From: Candidatus Cloacimonadales bacterium
GTDB lineage: Bacteria; Cloacimonadota; Cloacimonadia; Cloacimonadales; JAIOQZ01
Direction of reading: 5' to 3'
Length of the DNA stretch: 64,000 bases
Assembly (NCBI GenBank): GCA_963674825.1
Contig: OY771587.1
Span: 3,829,011-3,893,010, forward strand
A program made the position numbers and the translations under genes. The notes below the pieces were generated by a model that ran no database searches, was not told the DNA's origin, and saw nothing but the letters and a program-made list of their open reading frames with translations. Numbering within the stretch: the stretch's first letter is position 1; each line of letters starts with the position of its first letter. Positions 11,186 through 20,992 of this stretch are shown piece after piece.

Positions 11186-11903
11186 TGACATACGAAAATA
11201 TGTTGAAGACAACATCTATGACTTTCATGAAAGACGATTAAAAAGCCTCAATGAGCTTAAGCTTAAGAAAATACTGAAACGTAAGAATCCCTATCTTTTT
11301 AAAGCTAAAAACATGATGACAGCTGAGCAGATCATCAAGAGCTTCGTAGATGCGCACCTATCATCGAATGAAGAAACAATATTTGGAGATTGGCTCGAAA
11401 AGCTAGCAGTCTTTATCAACGGTAAAGTATATAATGGGCGTAAGTCAAGCACAACAGGCATGGATCTTGAATTTGAGAGAGATGGAATCCGATACATTGT
11501 CAACATTAAATCAGGACCGAATTGGTGCAACTCCTCACAGAAAAACAAGATGATAGACGAGTTCAAGAAAGCCGCCCGAACTCTACGAACTAGTCAATCG
11601 AACATCCATGTTGTCGCCGTGAATGGATGCTGTTACGGCATAGACAATAAGCCAGATAAAGGTGATTATTATAAATTTTGTGGACAACGCTTCTGGGAAT
11701 TCATCTCTGGTAATCGTGAGCTGTACACGGATATTATCGAACCGCTTGGGCACCAGGCTAAAGAAAAAAACGACGAGTTCTTCAAGAAGTATAATCAGAA
11801 AATAAACCAATTCACACAGGATTTTCTACAAGACTTCTGTATCGATGGTGAGATTAACTGGGAAGCCTTAGTTCGTTTCAATTCATCGAATGATATAGTT
11901 TAA
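11166..11903 (+). CDS. Putative type II restriction endonuclease partnered with the methyltransferase (family not recognised)
   Basis: Internal ATG (MNQLNLDD...) preceded by AAAGGAG and overlapping the methyltransferase stop. ~245 aa with a candidate PD-(D/E)xK-like segment GMDLEFERDGIRYIVNIKSG. Same AT-rich composition as the methyltransferase. Confidence 0.5.
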   Translation: MNQLNLDDIRKYVEDNIYDFHERRLKSLNELKLKKILKRKNPYLFKAKNMMTAEQIIKSFVDAHLSSNEETIFGDWLEKLAVFINGKVYNGRKSSTTGMDLEFERDGIRYIVNIKSGPNWCNSSQKNKMIDEFKKAARTLRTSQSNIHVVAVNGCCYGIDNKPDKGDYYKFCGQRFWEFISGNRELYTDIIEPLGHQAKEKNDEFFKKYNQKINQFTQDFLQDFCIDGEINWEALVRFNSSNDIV

Positions 11904-11956
11904 AATTAGCGATACGGCATTTGCTGGCTCCTTTTCATACATATCGACACGTTTTT

Positions 11957-12012
11957 CAGCAGGTCGTGCTACTGGCAATCCGCTTCACCTTTGGTGGAAT
12001 GTACGCGTGAAT
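11957..12012. repeat. Right copy of the ~55-bp direct repeat
   Basis: CAGCAGGTCGTGCTACTGGCAATCCGCTTCACCTTTGGTGGAATGTACGCGTGAAT. Confidence 0.75.
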
Positions 12013-12500
12013 CAATCGACGATGCCGGGATTATGTTTCCAAAGCACTTCGTTCTTTTTCATCTCCACCAGTTCCTTGCGCCTTTCCTCAATCAATTCTC
12101 GCAGTTCTCTTTTACTGAACTTGGTAGAGTTTTCTGATCCCAATGAACGGTCGTCTCCAGAACTCGTATCGGGATTAAACGTAAATGGAAGCGTCACCCA
12201 TATCGTTACGGGTTTTTCATCCAGGAATGCAGGAATGAACTGCCATTCCTTTGCCGCCTCTACCGCAGCCTCATCGCATCCACCCGGCCCTTGCTGTAAC
12301 GATTTCAATATGGACACTTCTCCAACTAATCCGTTCTCGAGGACTTCCACACGAAGCACCACATCCCCCGTTATACCCTCTTCTCGTGCTGATTCAGGAT
12401 ATCCCATGCCAATTTGATATACTGGATAGGGAGGTTCGTCCCAACTTCTCGTATTTGACTCATGCAACTCTTCATGCACTGGTAAAGCAATATTCCCCAA
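12012..12500 (-). CDS. TonB C-terminal domain protein lacking an N-terminal TM/Pro-rich region; possible truncated tonB remnant (TTG start only)
   Basis: TonB_C-like YPESAREEGITGDVVLRVEV...GEVSILKS...DEAAVEAAKEWQFIPA. No ATG start, and an in-frame stop 3 codons upstream. The stop codon abuts the right direct repeat. Confidence 0.45.
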   Translation of the reverse strand: MGNIALPVHEELHESNTRSWDEPPYPVYQIGMGYPESAREEGITGDVVLRVEVLENGLVGEVSILKSLQQGPGGCDEAAVEAAKEWQFIPAFLDEKPVTIWVTLPFTFNPDTSSGDDRSLGSENSTKFSKRELRELIEERRKELVEMKKNEVLWKHNPGIVD

Positions 12501-12607
12501 GGGAATCTACATGAGCATAGCAATGACAATCAACCTCATCGTTTCCTCTATATTCTCCGTTCTATCGTACGTTTTTCGCTTGGGCAAAACCTAGCGCGAT
12601 ACTATTT

Positions 12608-13651
12608 TCAGATCCCGCCGTAGCTATGGGACCGCTCGACGACCTTCGGCAGGTACTGGCGCGTCTCACGTGCCGGAAGATGCTGGATCAGATAGGAAAG
12701 GAAATCGCCCGGCTGCATGGCGTTGACCTTCGCCACAAATCCCGCGCTCTTGCCACGGCTTCCATCCACAGCCTTGAAGACGTTACCCGCTCCTCCGTTA
12801 TATCCCGCAATCATGCAGTAATAGCGACTATGTATGGTGCTCACTTCGCTGAAATAGCATTCCTCAAGATGTTTGAAATAGCCCACGCCCATCTCGATAT
12901 TGCGCCGGGAATCGAAGAGTTCCTCCGCAGTGGGTTTGCGATCGTGGCCGTAGAGCTGCTTGTTCATGGCGAGTCCGGCATAACGCGGAACGATCTGCAT
13001 CAGGCCGCACGCTCCGCTGGTACGATTGAATGCGCGCGGATTGAACGTCGATTCGGTCTGGATCACGGCAAGGATCACAGCAGGTGCGATACCGTTCTTT
13101 TCGCAGATCTCGCGAACCATGGGCAGATATCGATTTATACGTATCTTGAGATGATCGGGGGTCATGTCCAGTGTGACAGTGTATTTAAGCTTCTTCGAGC
13201 CATCCGGTAATGTTAGTTCTTCAGCTTTCGGCGCATTACCGACCATTGCGCCTTCCTCGAGTTGCCCCTCCATGATCGGCTCGCCGTCTGCGTCTTTCTG
13301 CTCTACGATGTGCTGAAGCTGATCATCGAGCTGCTTCTTCGCTTCGTCTTCCGGATTCTTATCTCCCGGATCAACCAGCGTGGAAATGGTGATCTTGCCA
13401 TCCTCGAAATCAACCGAGCTACGGGTGCGATCGTTATCACCGTATTCGACCCACGTCGTGGGCGTAGATTCTTTGAATTCGTTCCAGAGCTTTTCGATGC
13501 GATTGCGGTAGGCGTTGAATTGATCGTCTGTCTGCTTCTGATGGGCTTCGAAGGCTGCTTTCTGCTGTGCGTCCCATTGCTCAAAATCCTGAGCAAAAAG
13601 AGAAAGCGCCGCCACACAAAGTATGACGGCGCTGAAAATTCTATTGAACAT
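12608..13651 (-). CDS. Membrane-bound lytic murein transglycosylase (MltC/SLT family) with signal peptide
   Basis: SLT catalytic motif ESTFNPRAFNRTSGACGLMQI...AGYNGGAGNV. Signal peptide MFNRIFSAVILCVAALSLFAQ. Confidence 0.75.
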   Translation of the reverse strand: MFNRIFSAVILCVAALSLFAQDFEQWDAQQKAAFEAHQKQTDDQFNAYRNRIEKLWNEFKESTPTTWVEYGDNDRTRSSVDFEDGKITISTLVDPGDKNPEDEAKKQLDDQLQHIVEQKDADGEPIMEGQLEEGAMVGNAPKAEELTLPDGSKKLKYTVTLDMTPDHLKIRINRYLPMVREICEKNGIAPAVILAVIQTESTFNPRAFNRTSGACGLMQIVPRYAGLAMNKQLYGHDRKPTAEELFDSRRNIEMGVGYFKHLEECYFSEVSTIHSRYYCMIAGYNGGAGNVFKAVDGSRGKSAGFVAKVNAMQPGDFLSYLIQHLPARETRQYLPKVVERSHSYGGI

Positions 13652-13658
13652 GAAACCC

Positions 13659-14966
13659 TTACTCGTCTTCCTGGTTCTGGATCAGCATTTTGACCGGCTC
13701 GAGTCCATACGCCGAGCCTTCTTCGATCGCCTTGAGAATGGTTCCGCCACCGGTGAAGAAGTAGTAGTTGTCATCATGCACTGTTTTCGAGAAGATATTC
13801 GGCACCAGATTCTTGAATTCCTGGATGGTGTCGCCCCCACCGAACAGCTTGAGCGCGTCTTTGTTCTGATCGATCAACGAATACATCGCGTGCGATCCTT
13901 CCCAGAAATTTGGGGTGAATCCCATCACGGCGTTGGTGAAGATCGTCTTGGCTCCGAGGATCGCGTCGCGAAGCTTGCCTTCTTCGAATGAAGCAGGATC
14001 CGCGTCCAGCACGAATTTCAGTTTCATGCCAGGTTTCAGCTCGTCGATGCGAATGCTGCGGTACTTGCCCTCGGTTTTCGATTCCAGTTCGTCCGATTCC
14101 ACAATAACAGCAGGCTCGATCAGCTTGCCTGGATTCAGGTCTGCGATATGAATAAACTGCTTGGCGGCTTCGATATCGTCATCACCGATTCCCTCGATGC
14201 TGATACCGTACCGGGCACAGAGATACGCATTGTATAAAACGCCACCGATCACCAAGTGATCTGCCTTTTCCAATAGTGCGCGAAGCGGTCCGATCTTGGT
14301 ATCGAACTTCGATCCGGCCACGACACCCAGGAACGGCCGATTGGGCGAGAAGATGTTATAGAGCTTATCGATCTCTTTCTGCATAAGCATTCCAGCGAAT
14401 GATGGCAGATATTTTGCCGGACCGACTGTCGTTACATGCGGCTGCCAGGAACCGAACGCGTCATTGACGAACACGTCCGCGATGCCTGCAAGCTGCCGTG
14501 CGAGATCTTCAGCGACAACACCCTTGGCTTCTTCGCCGGCAAACCAGCGCGTGTTGGGCAGGTAAATGCCATCGATTTCATGATTTCTGAGCTTGTTCAG
14601 CATAATGTTGAATGATGTATCGATTCCCTGAAGGCCCTTGTTACCGTCCTGAATGAGTTCCGGTACCTCAAATTCGAGTCCGAGCTTCCGTTTCAGGTAA
14701 TCGACGATGGGCTGAACGGAGTCGTTGACCGAGATGTTGATCTCACCGGTCTTCTTATCGCGCGGACGCCCGATGTGGGTCATGAGAATCAGATGGCCGC
14801 CTGCTCGCAAGATGCGGCAAATGGTCGGGAAAGTCTCGTCGATACGGGTGGTATCCTTGATCTTGCCCTTTTTCACAACGTTGTGGTCAACGCGCATGAG
14901 CACGATCTTGCCGTTGAGATCGGCATCTTGTATTTTCGGTAGATTGTGGATCAATTTCATTATCAC
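13659..14966 (-). CDS. pgk: Phosphoglycerate kinase (435 aa, longer than the typical ~395)
   Basis: N-terminal DLNGKIVLMRVDHNV...TRI..TFPTI...GG.LILMTHIGRP and C-terminal FGGGDT...FTGGGT motifs. Confidence 0.85.
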   Translation of the reverse strand: MIMKLIHNLPKIQDADLNGKIVLMRVDHNVVKKGKIKDTTRIDETFPTICRILRAGGHLILMTHIGRPRDKKTGEINISVNDSVQPIVDYLKRKLGLEFEVPELIQDGNKGLQGIDTSFNIMLNKLRNHEIDGIYLPNTRWFAGEEAKGVVAEDLARQLAGIADVFVNDAFGSWQPHVTTVGPAKYLPSFAGMLMQKEIDKLYNIFSPNRPFLGVVAGSKFDTKIGPLRALLEKADHLVIGGVLYNAYLCARYGISIEGIGDDDIEAAKQFIHIADLNPGKLIEPAVIVESDELESKTEGKYRSIRIDELKPGMKLKFVLDADPASFEEGKLRDAILGAKTIFTNAVMGFTPNFWEGSHAMYSLIDQNKDALKLFGGGDTIQEFKNLVPNIFSKTVHDDNYYFFTGGGTILKAIEEGSAYGLEPVKMLIQNQEDE

Positions 14967-15131
14967 CTCCGTGATCTTAGTGTCTTTGTTAAATTACAGC
15001 AGGCTAACCAGTTTGTAAAGGAAAATTGTGGATGAATTCAGACCGTGGCCTTGAATGCAGCTGAAGACAATAAAAAAAGATGCCGGATATTACGCCGGCA
15101 TCTCGTTGATTATTCTCACACAAATCGGTTA

Positions 15132-15953
15132 TTAAAAGAAACCGCCTTCGAAGTTTAGCATGATCGAAAATCCAGAGAGATCCTCATCCTTCACATCGAC
15201 CAGTTTCGTATCGAATTCTACTCCGTTGATGTAACGATAGGATGCTCCGATGCCGCATTTGAAGTATTTAGCCACGTTAACCATGACGTTCACGCCCGGC
15301 TCCAATACAAAGAAGGCATCGCTATCGATGTGGCGGTCTTCATCTTCGTCATCATCGTCGTCCCAGTCATCGTTCGGATCTTTGTACATAAGGCTTGCTC
15401 CACCAGCGCCGATCAATGTCGTCACGGAGAAGTTGATCAGATCCTTTGGATTGAAGCGATACTCGAGGTCGAGGCCACCATAGCCCATATAGAGTTGAAT
15501 GGTCGAATCCGGAATCGCGTGTTCACGGACGACATGGTTTGTTACCATACCATAGCCTGCGAGGCCGATTACGAACTTGTGATCGATGATGTATCCCATG
15601 CGACCACCGACCAGCAATTCATATTCTTCATCCATGTAGGTACCTTTAACTACCGGTCCACCGAATCCACCATGGGCGATCTTGCCGGAAAGCAGGGTTT
15701 CCTGATTCAATACGTAGCGCGATGGAGCGCTTTTCTTACGTTTCTGCTCGAGACGTTCCCGAACATTCTCTCTCTCTTCATCGTCGCTGACTTCGATATC
15801 TTCAACCGTCGCTTCGTCGAGTTCGGCTTCAGCCTCATCCGCAAAGCGCACATAGTCTGTCTTTTCCACCTGGTCTGTGCTTTCTGCAGTATCCTGTGCG
15901 AAAAACGGCATTGCGATCATCATTATTGCGAGTAACGTGATGATTCTTTTCAT
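15132..15953 (-). CDS. Outer-membrane beta-barrel protein with an acidic low-complexity N-terminal region, hypothetical
   Basis: Signal peptide MKRIITLLAIMMIAMPFFAQ. DE-rich segment. Alternating hydrophobic beta-strand patterns. C-terminal ...NFEGGFF. Confidence 0.5.
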   Translation of the reverse strand: MKRIITLLAIMMIAMPFFAQDTAESTDQVEKTDYVRFADEAEAELDEATVEDIEVSDDEERENVRERLEQKRKKSAPSRYVLNQETLLSGKIAHGGFGGPVVKGTYMDEEYELLVGGRMGYIIDHKFVIGLAGYGMVTNHVVREHAIPDSTIQLYMGYGGLDLEYRFNPKDLINFSVTTLIGAGGASLMYKDPNDDWDDDDDEDEDRHIDSDAFFVLEPGVNVMVNVAKYFKCGIGASYRYINGVEFDTKLVDVKDEDLSGFSIMLNFEGGFF

Positions 15954-16058
15954 ATTTCCTCCATAGCAAGGTATAGCATTTGTTTCTTCAGCGAACCATT
16001 CATGAATTTATTATTCGCTTTTGGGTTAATCAGATACGTTTTTCCGTTATTCATAACA

Positions 16059-16673
16059 TTATCCGATATATTCGTTCAATCCAAAGTGATGATATTGTAT
16101 GTAGCCTTCGAGAAGCAACCGCGCATCTTCCGCGTCACGGTAGTTCTTGGCGATCGAGACAAGCGCGTTAATGAAGTTGTCGTAGATCACCCGAATCAGA
16201 AATTTCTTTTGTGGTGTAAGTTGAGTGTCCTGTTTGCTATCGAGTGAATCGATGTATTGATAGGTGAGGTTTTCCAGAAGTGACACGATTTCGTCCTTGA
16301 CGCCCTCGTAGATCGTCCCTTCCGCTTTGCTCATGATTACCAGGAAATGAAGCCGGTAATCAACAAGAAACTGATTATATTCCTTCGCCATCGTATTGAA
16401 TGAATCCGCGGTTCGTGATTCAATGAAATCCATACCGCGCAGCGCTTCTTTTCTCTTTGTGAGGAAAGATTTTAGCCTCGTTACCAGTGCCGGCGTGATA
16501 ATCGAGTAAAACAGGTCCTCTTTATTCATATAATAGCGGTAGATATTCCCCACCGATATCCCGGCGGCTTTTGCTATATGCGCCATTGTGGTGCCCTTGA
16601 AACCATTCTCGGCAAACTGTTTGAGTGCCGTCTCGCATATTTGCGTTCTTATCTCTTCCTTTTTGGTCTGCAT
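16059..16673 (-). CDS. TetR/AcrR family transcriptional regulator
   Basis: N-terminal HTH ICETALKQFAENGFKGTTMAHIAKAAGISVGNIYRYYMNKEDLF. Confidence 0.8.
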   Translation of the reverse strand: MQTKKEEIRTQICETALKQFAENGFKGTTMAHIAKAAGISVGNIYRYYMNKEDLFYSIITPALVTRLKSFLTKRKEALRGMDFIESRTADSFNTMAKEYNQFLVDYRLHFLVIMSKAEGTIYEGVKDEIVSLLENLTYQYIDSLDSKQDTQLTPQKKFLIRVIYDNFINALVSIAKNYRDAEDARLLLEGYIQYHHFGLNEYIG

Positions 16674-16795
16674 GAGCGATCCTTCCTTTTTCGTTCGCTT
16701 TTAATGAATCACAAGTTCATTATTGTGGTGCTCGCAAATCTTGTCAAACTTTTTTATTCTTTGCGGTGATATTTTTCTGTATGAGGATGGAAGAG

Positions 16796-17806
16796 TTACA
16801 TGCGGGGATCGTTCAAGCTGAGGATGAACCGATCGACAAGCCCGAAAACAAATGAGCCCTTGTCATTTTCCTCTCGCAGAATTTTGAGCGCTTCACAGGG
16901 AGGCATTGCCCGGCGGTATGGCCGTTCATTGTTTGTCAGAGCTTCGTAGATATCCATAATACTCACTAGCTGAGCAACCAGTGAGACGTCCTTGATCCGT
17001 TTCGGATATCCATTACCGTTAACCTTCTCATGGTGCTCGGCTGCGGCGCAAAGAACCTTGTCATCACGGATGCCATTATGGATGAGGATTTCAGCGCCGA
17101 AAGTCGGGTGACTTTTCATGATACGAAATTCTTCGGCACTCAATTTATTTGGCGATGTCAGGATTTCAACAGGAATATGCGTCTTCCCCACGTCATGAAG
17201 CAAAGCGGCCATGGAGAACTGGATGGTTTTCTGCCAGTTGAAGCCAACAAATTTGCAAAATCCCAGCATAAGCGCCATCACGTTCACCGAGTGGACTGCT
17301 GTCGTGTAATCCGTTGACGTAATTGATGCCATCTGGCTGAGGATATCGTCTTTCCTGGAAAACGACTTCAGCACGATGGCAATTGATCTCGACGCTTCTT
17401 TGTAGGTTCCGCTGCGCGGTTCCTGTAAGAGTTCGTCCGTAACACTGACCATACTATCGCGGATCAGCTTCAGATCACCTTTTTCCAGATCTTCCCGCAG
17501 GCGCTCATTCAGCTTCTTTTGCGTCTCGATCGCTGCATCCTGACGGTCTCGAGCCAATACGTACAATCTTGGCAATCGATCTTCCTCGACGCGCATATCG
17601 CTGATCGTCATATCGGCAGGCTTGTAGATTTCCCATTCCGTATCGCTGGTTTTATAATATAGTGGTACTTTTTGGAGGATACGGGCCTTTTGGGGTGATA
17701 CTTTTACAAACGCCTTCCTCTTCTGTTCTACAATAAAATCTTGCAATTCTTTGGAATAATCAGGACTCGAATTATAATCAGGCATTAACCATCTCCAAAC
17801 AAACAA
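16796..17806 (-). CDS. HD-GYP domain phosphodiesterase (putative c-di-GMP hydrolase)
   Basis: HD ...LLHDVGKTHIP... and HHEKVNGNGYPKR (GYP) motifs. Confidence 0.8.
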   Translation of the reverse strand: MFVWRWLMPDYNSSPDYSKELQDFIVEQKRKAFVKVSPQKARILQKVPLYYKTSDTEWEIYKPADMTISDMRVEEDRLPRLYVLARDRQDAAIETQKKLNERLREDLEKGDLKLIRDSMVSVTDELLQEPRSGTYKEASRSIAIVLKSFSRKDDILSQMASITSTDYTTAVHSVNVMALMLGFCKFVGFNWQKTIQFSMAALLHDVGKTHIPVEILTSPNKLSAEEFRIMKSHPTFGAEILIHNGIRDDKVLCAAAEHHEKVNGNGYPKRIKDVSLVAQLVSIMDIYEALTNNERPYRRAMPPCEALKILREENDKGSFVFGLVDRFILSLNDPRM

Positions 17807-17942
17807 TAATAATAATGTAATCTTTGCCCCGCTCGTGGCAACATAGAAATGTGTAAAACATCAATTTACTTCAAAATTCCCGTCAGACGAAATGTTCTTT
17901 ACACGGAATCCCCCAGTTGTCAATATTCGATTCGGAGGATTG

Positions 17943-18560
17943 ATGAGCAATCGAGAAGAATTCTGTTGGGAAACCATCGGTGTCCGTGGCGATCGTAGTT
18001 GCCATAAGCTGGAAGAAGTTATCCATTGCAGGTTCTGCGACACGTTTCGCCGTAACAGCACCGCGCAGCTCAGCAGCGAGTCACTGGAGGATTACCTCAT
18101 CTCGATGTACGAGCGGATGAGCGAAGAAAGCAGCAGTGACGGAAAGGGCACCGCATTAGTTGTCGTCATGCTTGAAAAGAAACTCTTCGGGATCATGGTT
18201 GACAACATTGACCGCATCATCAAGAACCAGCGCATCTATCGCGTACCTGGAAGATCGAACAACAGATTTCTCGGGTTGGTCAACATCGCGGGATCGCTCC
18301 AACCATGCTTTTCACTCCATGCGATCCTGGACATCTGCTCCGAGAATGACACGCCGGTATTCATCAATCTTATTCACAATGAGCAAACCTGGATCTATCC
18401 TGTCAACGAGGTCGTGGGAATCTATCGTTTCGAGGATGACAGCTTTGTGCCGGATGCAGATCGGAAGCTCTTTTATGGAGCGACAACGCATAATCAGCAG
18501 CCATTGGTACGGCTCGATATCGCCGAATTGGTTCGTGCTTCGGAGGAGAGTCTCCTATGA
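17943..18560 (+). CDS. CheW-like adaptor protein with an N-terminal Cys4 (C-x11-C-x8-C-x2-C) putative metal-binding motif
   Basis: GGAGG RBS before the internal ATG (MSNREEF...). CheW-like core ALVVVMLEKKLFGIMVDNIDRII...LGLVNIAGSLQP. Stop overlaps the CheA start. Confidence 0.65.
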   Translation: MSNREEFCWETIGVRGDRSCHKLEEVIHCRFCDTFRRNSTAQLSSESLEDYLISMYERMSEESSSDGKGTALVVVMLEKKLFGIMVDNIDRIIKNQRIYRVPGRSNNRFLGLVNIAGSLQPCFSLHAILDICSENDTPVFINLIHNEQTWIYPVNEVVGIYRFEDDSFVPDADRKLFYGATTHNQQPLVRLDIAELVRASEESLL

Positions 18561-20992
18561 GTAACCCGATGATCGAGCTGTTCCAGACGGAACTCACCGG
18601 TTACCTGCAACAACTTGGCGATAGTCGGGACACTGAAGCCCTCCATCAACTTTCCGAATCGGTGCAAGGCGCAGCGATGCTCGTCGGCCTGGAAGCGCTT
18701 GTCGAGCTTTCAGGGGCGATGGTCAATGTGAACGATCCCGATGCAATTGAGAACTGGATATCGCTATTGCGTGAAATGACCGCTAACGATCCCGAAACGA
18801 TCATGGTCTCTGCCAACGATATGCTTGAGCATCTGACTTCGGATCAGAAGGTTCAGGGCTTTAAGCAAGAAATGCATCTGACTACGGATCAGAAGGTTCC
18901 GGAAAATGACTCCGAACCGGTAGAGGATCACGATATCCTCACGCTTTTCCGAATCGAGCTGGAGACGCACACAAAAGCGCTCAGCGACGGCATCCTGCAA
19001 CTGGAGCACCAGCCTGATATGCCGTGTGAATCGCTCATGCGTGCCGCGCATTCGATCAAAGGTGCAGCTCGTATCGCCGGAAAAGACGATCTGGTGCATC
19101 TTGCTCACGCTATCGAGGACTTTTTCACGCTGGTCATCGAAAAGAAACACGCGTTCAATCCGGACGAAACCGATATCCTTCTGCAAGCCATCGACGCCTT
19201 CCAGAAACCGGATGAGATGGCCGCCTATACCGAGGCGATCCGCCAGATGGCGACCGTCAATGCTTCGCATGTACCAAGTCAAACACCTGCGAAGTCAACC
19301 GCGCAAGTCATGGAGAAAGAAGACACCGAAGTTCGCGTCACGACAGAGAAATTGAACCGGCTTCTCAACGCTGCCGGTCAGGCCGTCGTCGAAGCACGTC
19401 AGGGCGAAGGAATTGGCAACATGATCCTGACCTTGAAGAGTCACTTCACCCGGCTCGGTAGCATGATCGGCGAACTGGAACGCAAGCACCTTTTATCCAG
19501 CGAGCTACGCAAGCGCTGCCACGACTCTATGCACACGACCGGTCGCGATATCAACCGGCTTCTCGCCGCGTTCGATCAGCACTACAACGAGATCAGCGTT
19601 CATACCGAGACCATTTACGACGAACTGGTGGGCATTCGTATGCGTCCTTTTGAAGACGGACTCGCGGGTTTCCCACGCATGGTGCGGCAAGTCGCACGAT
19701 CGCTGAACAAGAAAGTGCGGTTTTACATCGAAGGCCGGCGCACCGAGGTCGATCGCGACATCCTGCAACTTCTTGAAGCGCCTCTCACCCACCTCGTGCG
19801 CAACGCAATCGATCACGGCCTGGAAACACCTGAGCAGCGAACCAAGTCCGGCAAGGATAAGGTAGGAATCATCACCGTTGCCGCGAGCCATCAATCGGGA
19901 AAGCTCCGCATTGAAATCCGGGACGACGGGCGCGGAATCGATATCGAGAGTATCAAAGAGAAAGCGATCGCAAAAAGCTTGATATCTCAAGAGCTCATGG
20001 ACGGACTTTCCGAGCGCGAAATCTACGACTTTATGTTCCTTCCTGGATTCTCCACGCGCGAGGAAGTTACCGAAACCTCCGGGCGTGGCGTGGGCATGGA
20101 TGTGGTACAGACCATGATCCAGAAGGTCGGTGGCGATATTGCAGTCTCGTCTCAACCTGGAGCCGGAACTACTTTCACGATGCTGCTGCCGCTGACGCTC
20201 TCAATTGTGCGCGTTCTACTGGCAAAAATCAACGACACCATCTTCGCCTTCCCGCTGAGTCGAATTGTGCAGATCGCCCACCCGGATGAAGCCACAGGCG
20301 AATTTTCGATGAGAACCATTTCCGCAGCCGAAGTGCTGCTGCGAGAGGAGCCGTCCACCGATAATCCCGGACCAGCTATTGTGCTCCAACTCACTGAAGA
20401 GCAGGTCGGACTCACAGTGGACGAGCTGATTATCGAGCGGGATGTCGTCGTGACACCGCTGGACAAACGTCTGGGGAAAGTGCAGAATATCGATTCCACC
20501 ACGACAACCCGGTTTGGCGAGGCTGCCTTTGTGGTTGACATGGACGACCTGGTGCAGACCATCACCGGGCTGAAGATTCGCGCTCATCGCAAGGCACAGC
20601 ACGGTGAAAAGACCGAACAGAAGCGGATCCTGGTAGTAGAAGATTCGATCACTGTTCGTGAGATGGAAAAACGCGTCCTGGAAAAAGCTGGTTTTATCGT
20701 CGAGACCGCAGTTGACGGCATGGATGGCTGGAACACGCTTCGTTCGGGCACGTTCGACCTGGTCGTGTCCGACATCGACATGCCCAGGATGAATGGTTTC
20801 GAGCTGGTGGAGCTTATCCGCCGAGATCCGATCCGAAGCTGGCTGCCGGTGGTAATCCTTTCCTACAAAGACCGCGACGAGGACCGCCAGCATGCGCTGC
20901 AATCAGGAGCTGACCGTTTTCTGAACAAAGGCGCATTCGAAGACGACGCGTTCATCGAAATGATCAAAAAACTTTTATATGGAGTGAAATAA
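18557..20992 (+). CDS. CheA-family histidine kinase with two HPt domains, dimerisation domain, HATPase_c, CheW-like P5 domain and a C-terminal receiver (CheA-REC hybrid, WspE/FrzE-like)
   Basis: HPt HSIKGAARIAGKDDL (canonical) plus an upstream degenerate HPt-like segment. ATPase HLVRNAIDHGLE...GRGVGMDVV...GAGTTFTMLLPLTLS. CheW-like IVRVLLAKINDTIFAFPLSRIVQI. REC ILVVEDSITVREME...DLVVSDIDMPRMNGFELV. Confidence 0.85.
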   Translation: MSNPMIELFQTELTGYLQQLGDSRDTEALHQLSESVQGAAMLVGLEALVELSGAMVNVNDPDAIENWISLLREMTANDPETIMVSANDMLEHLTSDQKVQGFKQEMHLTTDQKVPENDSEPVEDHDILTLFRIELETHTKALSDGILQLEHQPDMPCESLMRAAHSIKGAARIAGKDDLVHLAHAIEDFFTLVIEKKHAFNPDETDILLQAIDAFQKPDEMAAYTEAIRQMATVNASHVPSQTPAKSTAQVMEKEDTEVRVTTEKLNRLLNAAGQAVVEARQGEGIGNMILTLKSHFTRLGSMIGELERKHLLSSELRKRCHDSMHTTGRDINRLLAAFDQHYNEISVHTETIYDELVGIRMRPFEDGLAGFPRMVRQVARSLNKKVRFYIEGRRTEVDRDILQLLEAPLTHLVRNAIDHGLETPEQRTKSGKDKVGIITVAASHQSGKLRIEIRDDGRGIDIESIKEKAIAKSLISQELMDGLSEREIYDFMFLPGFSTREEVTETSGRGVGMDVVQTMIQKVGGDIAVSSQPGAGTTFTMLLPLTLSIVRVLLAKINDTIFAFPLSRIVQIAHPDEATGEFSMRTISAAEVLLREEPSTDNPGPAIVLQLTEEQVGLTVDELIIERDVVVTPLDKRLGKVQNIDSTTTTRFGEAAFVVDMDDLVQTITGLKIRAHRKAQHGEKTEQKRILVVEDSITVREMEKRVLEKAGFIVETAVDGMDGWNTLRSGTFDLVVSDIDMPRMNGFELVELIRRDPIRSWLPVVILSYKDRDEDRQHALQSGADRFLNKGAFEDDAFIEMIKKLLYGVK

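Larger units (their letters stand above)
10091..12012. mobile_element. Type II restriction-modification gene unit inserted with a long target duplication; AT-rich relative to flanks; no integrase or transposase present
   Basis: Bounded by ~55-bp direct repeats. Visibly lower GC than the surrounding ~50% GC DNA. Contains only the methyltransferase and the putative endonuclease. Confidence 0.5.

Noticed and set aside
18764-20902. Multiple 100-230 aa ORFs on the minus strand inside the CheA gene (for example 19505..20155 and 20216..20902), and similar shadows inside other long genes (1582..2268, 8137..8673, 54337..55455, 57346..58041)
   Set aside because: They are antisense to well-supported long CDSs with clear domain motifs; these are GC-driven shadow ORFs.
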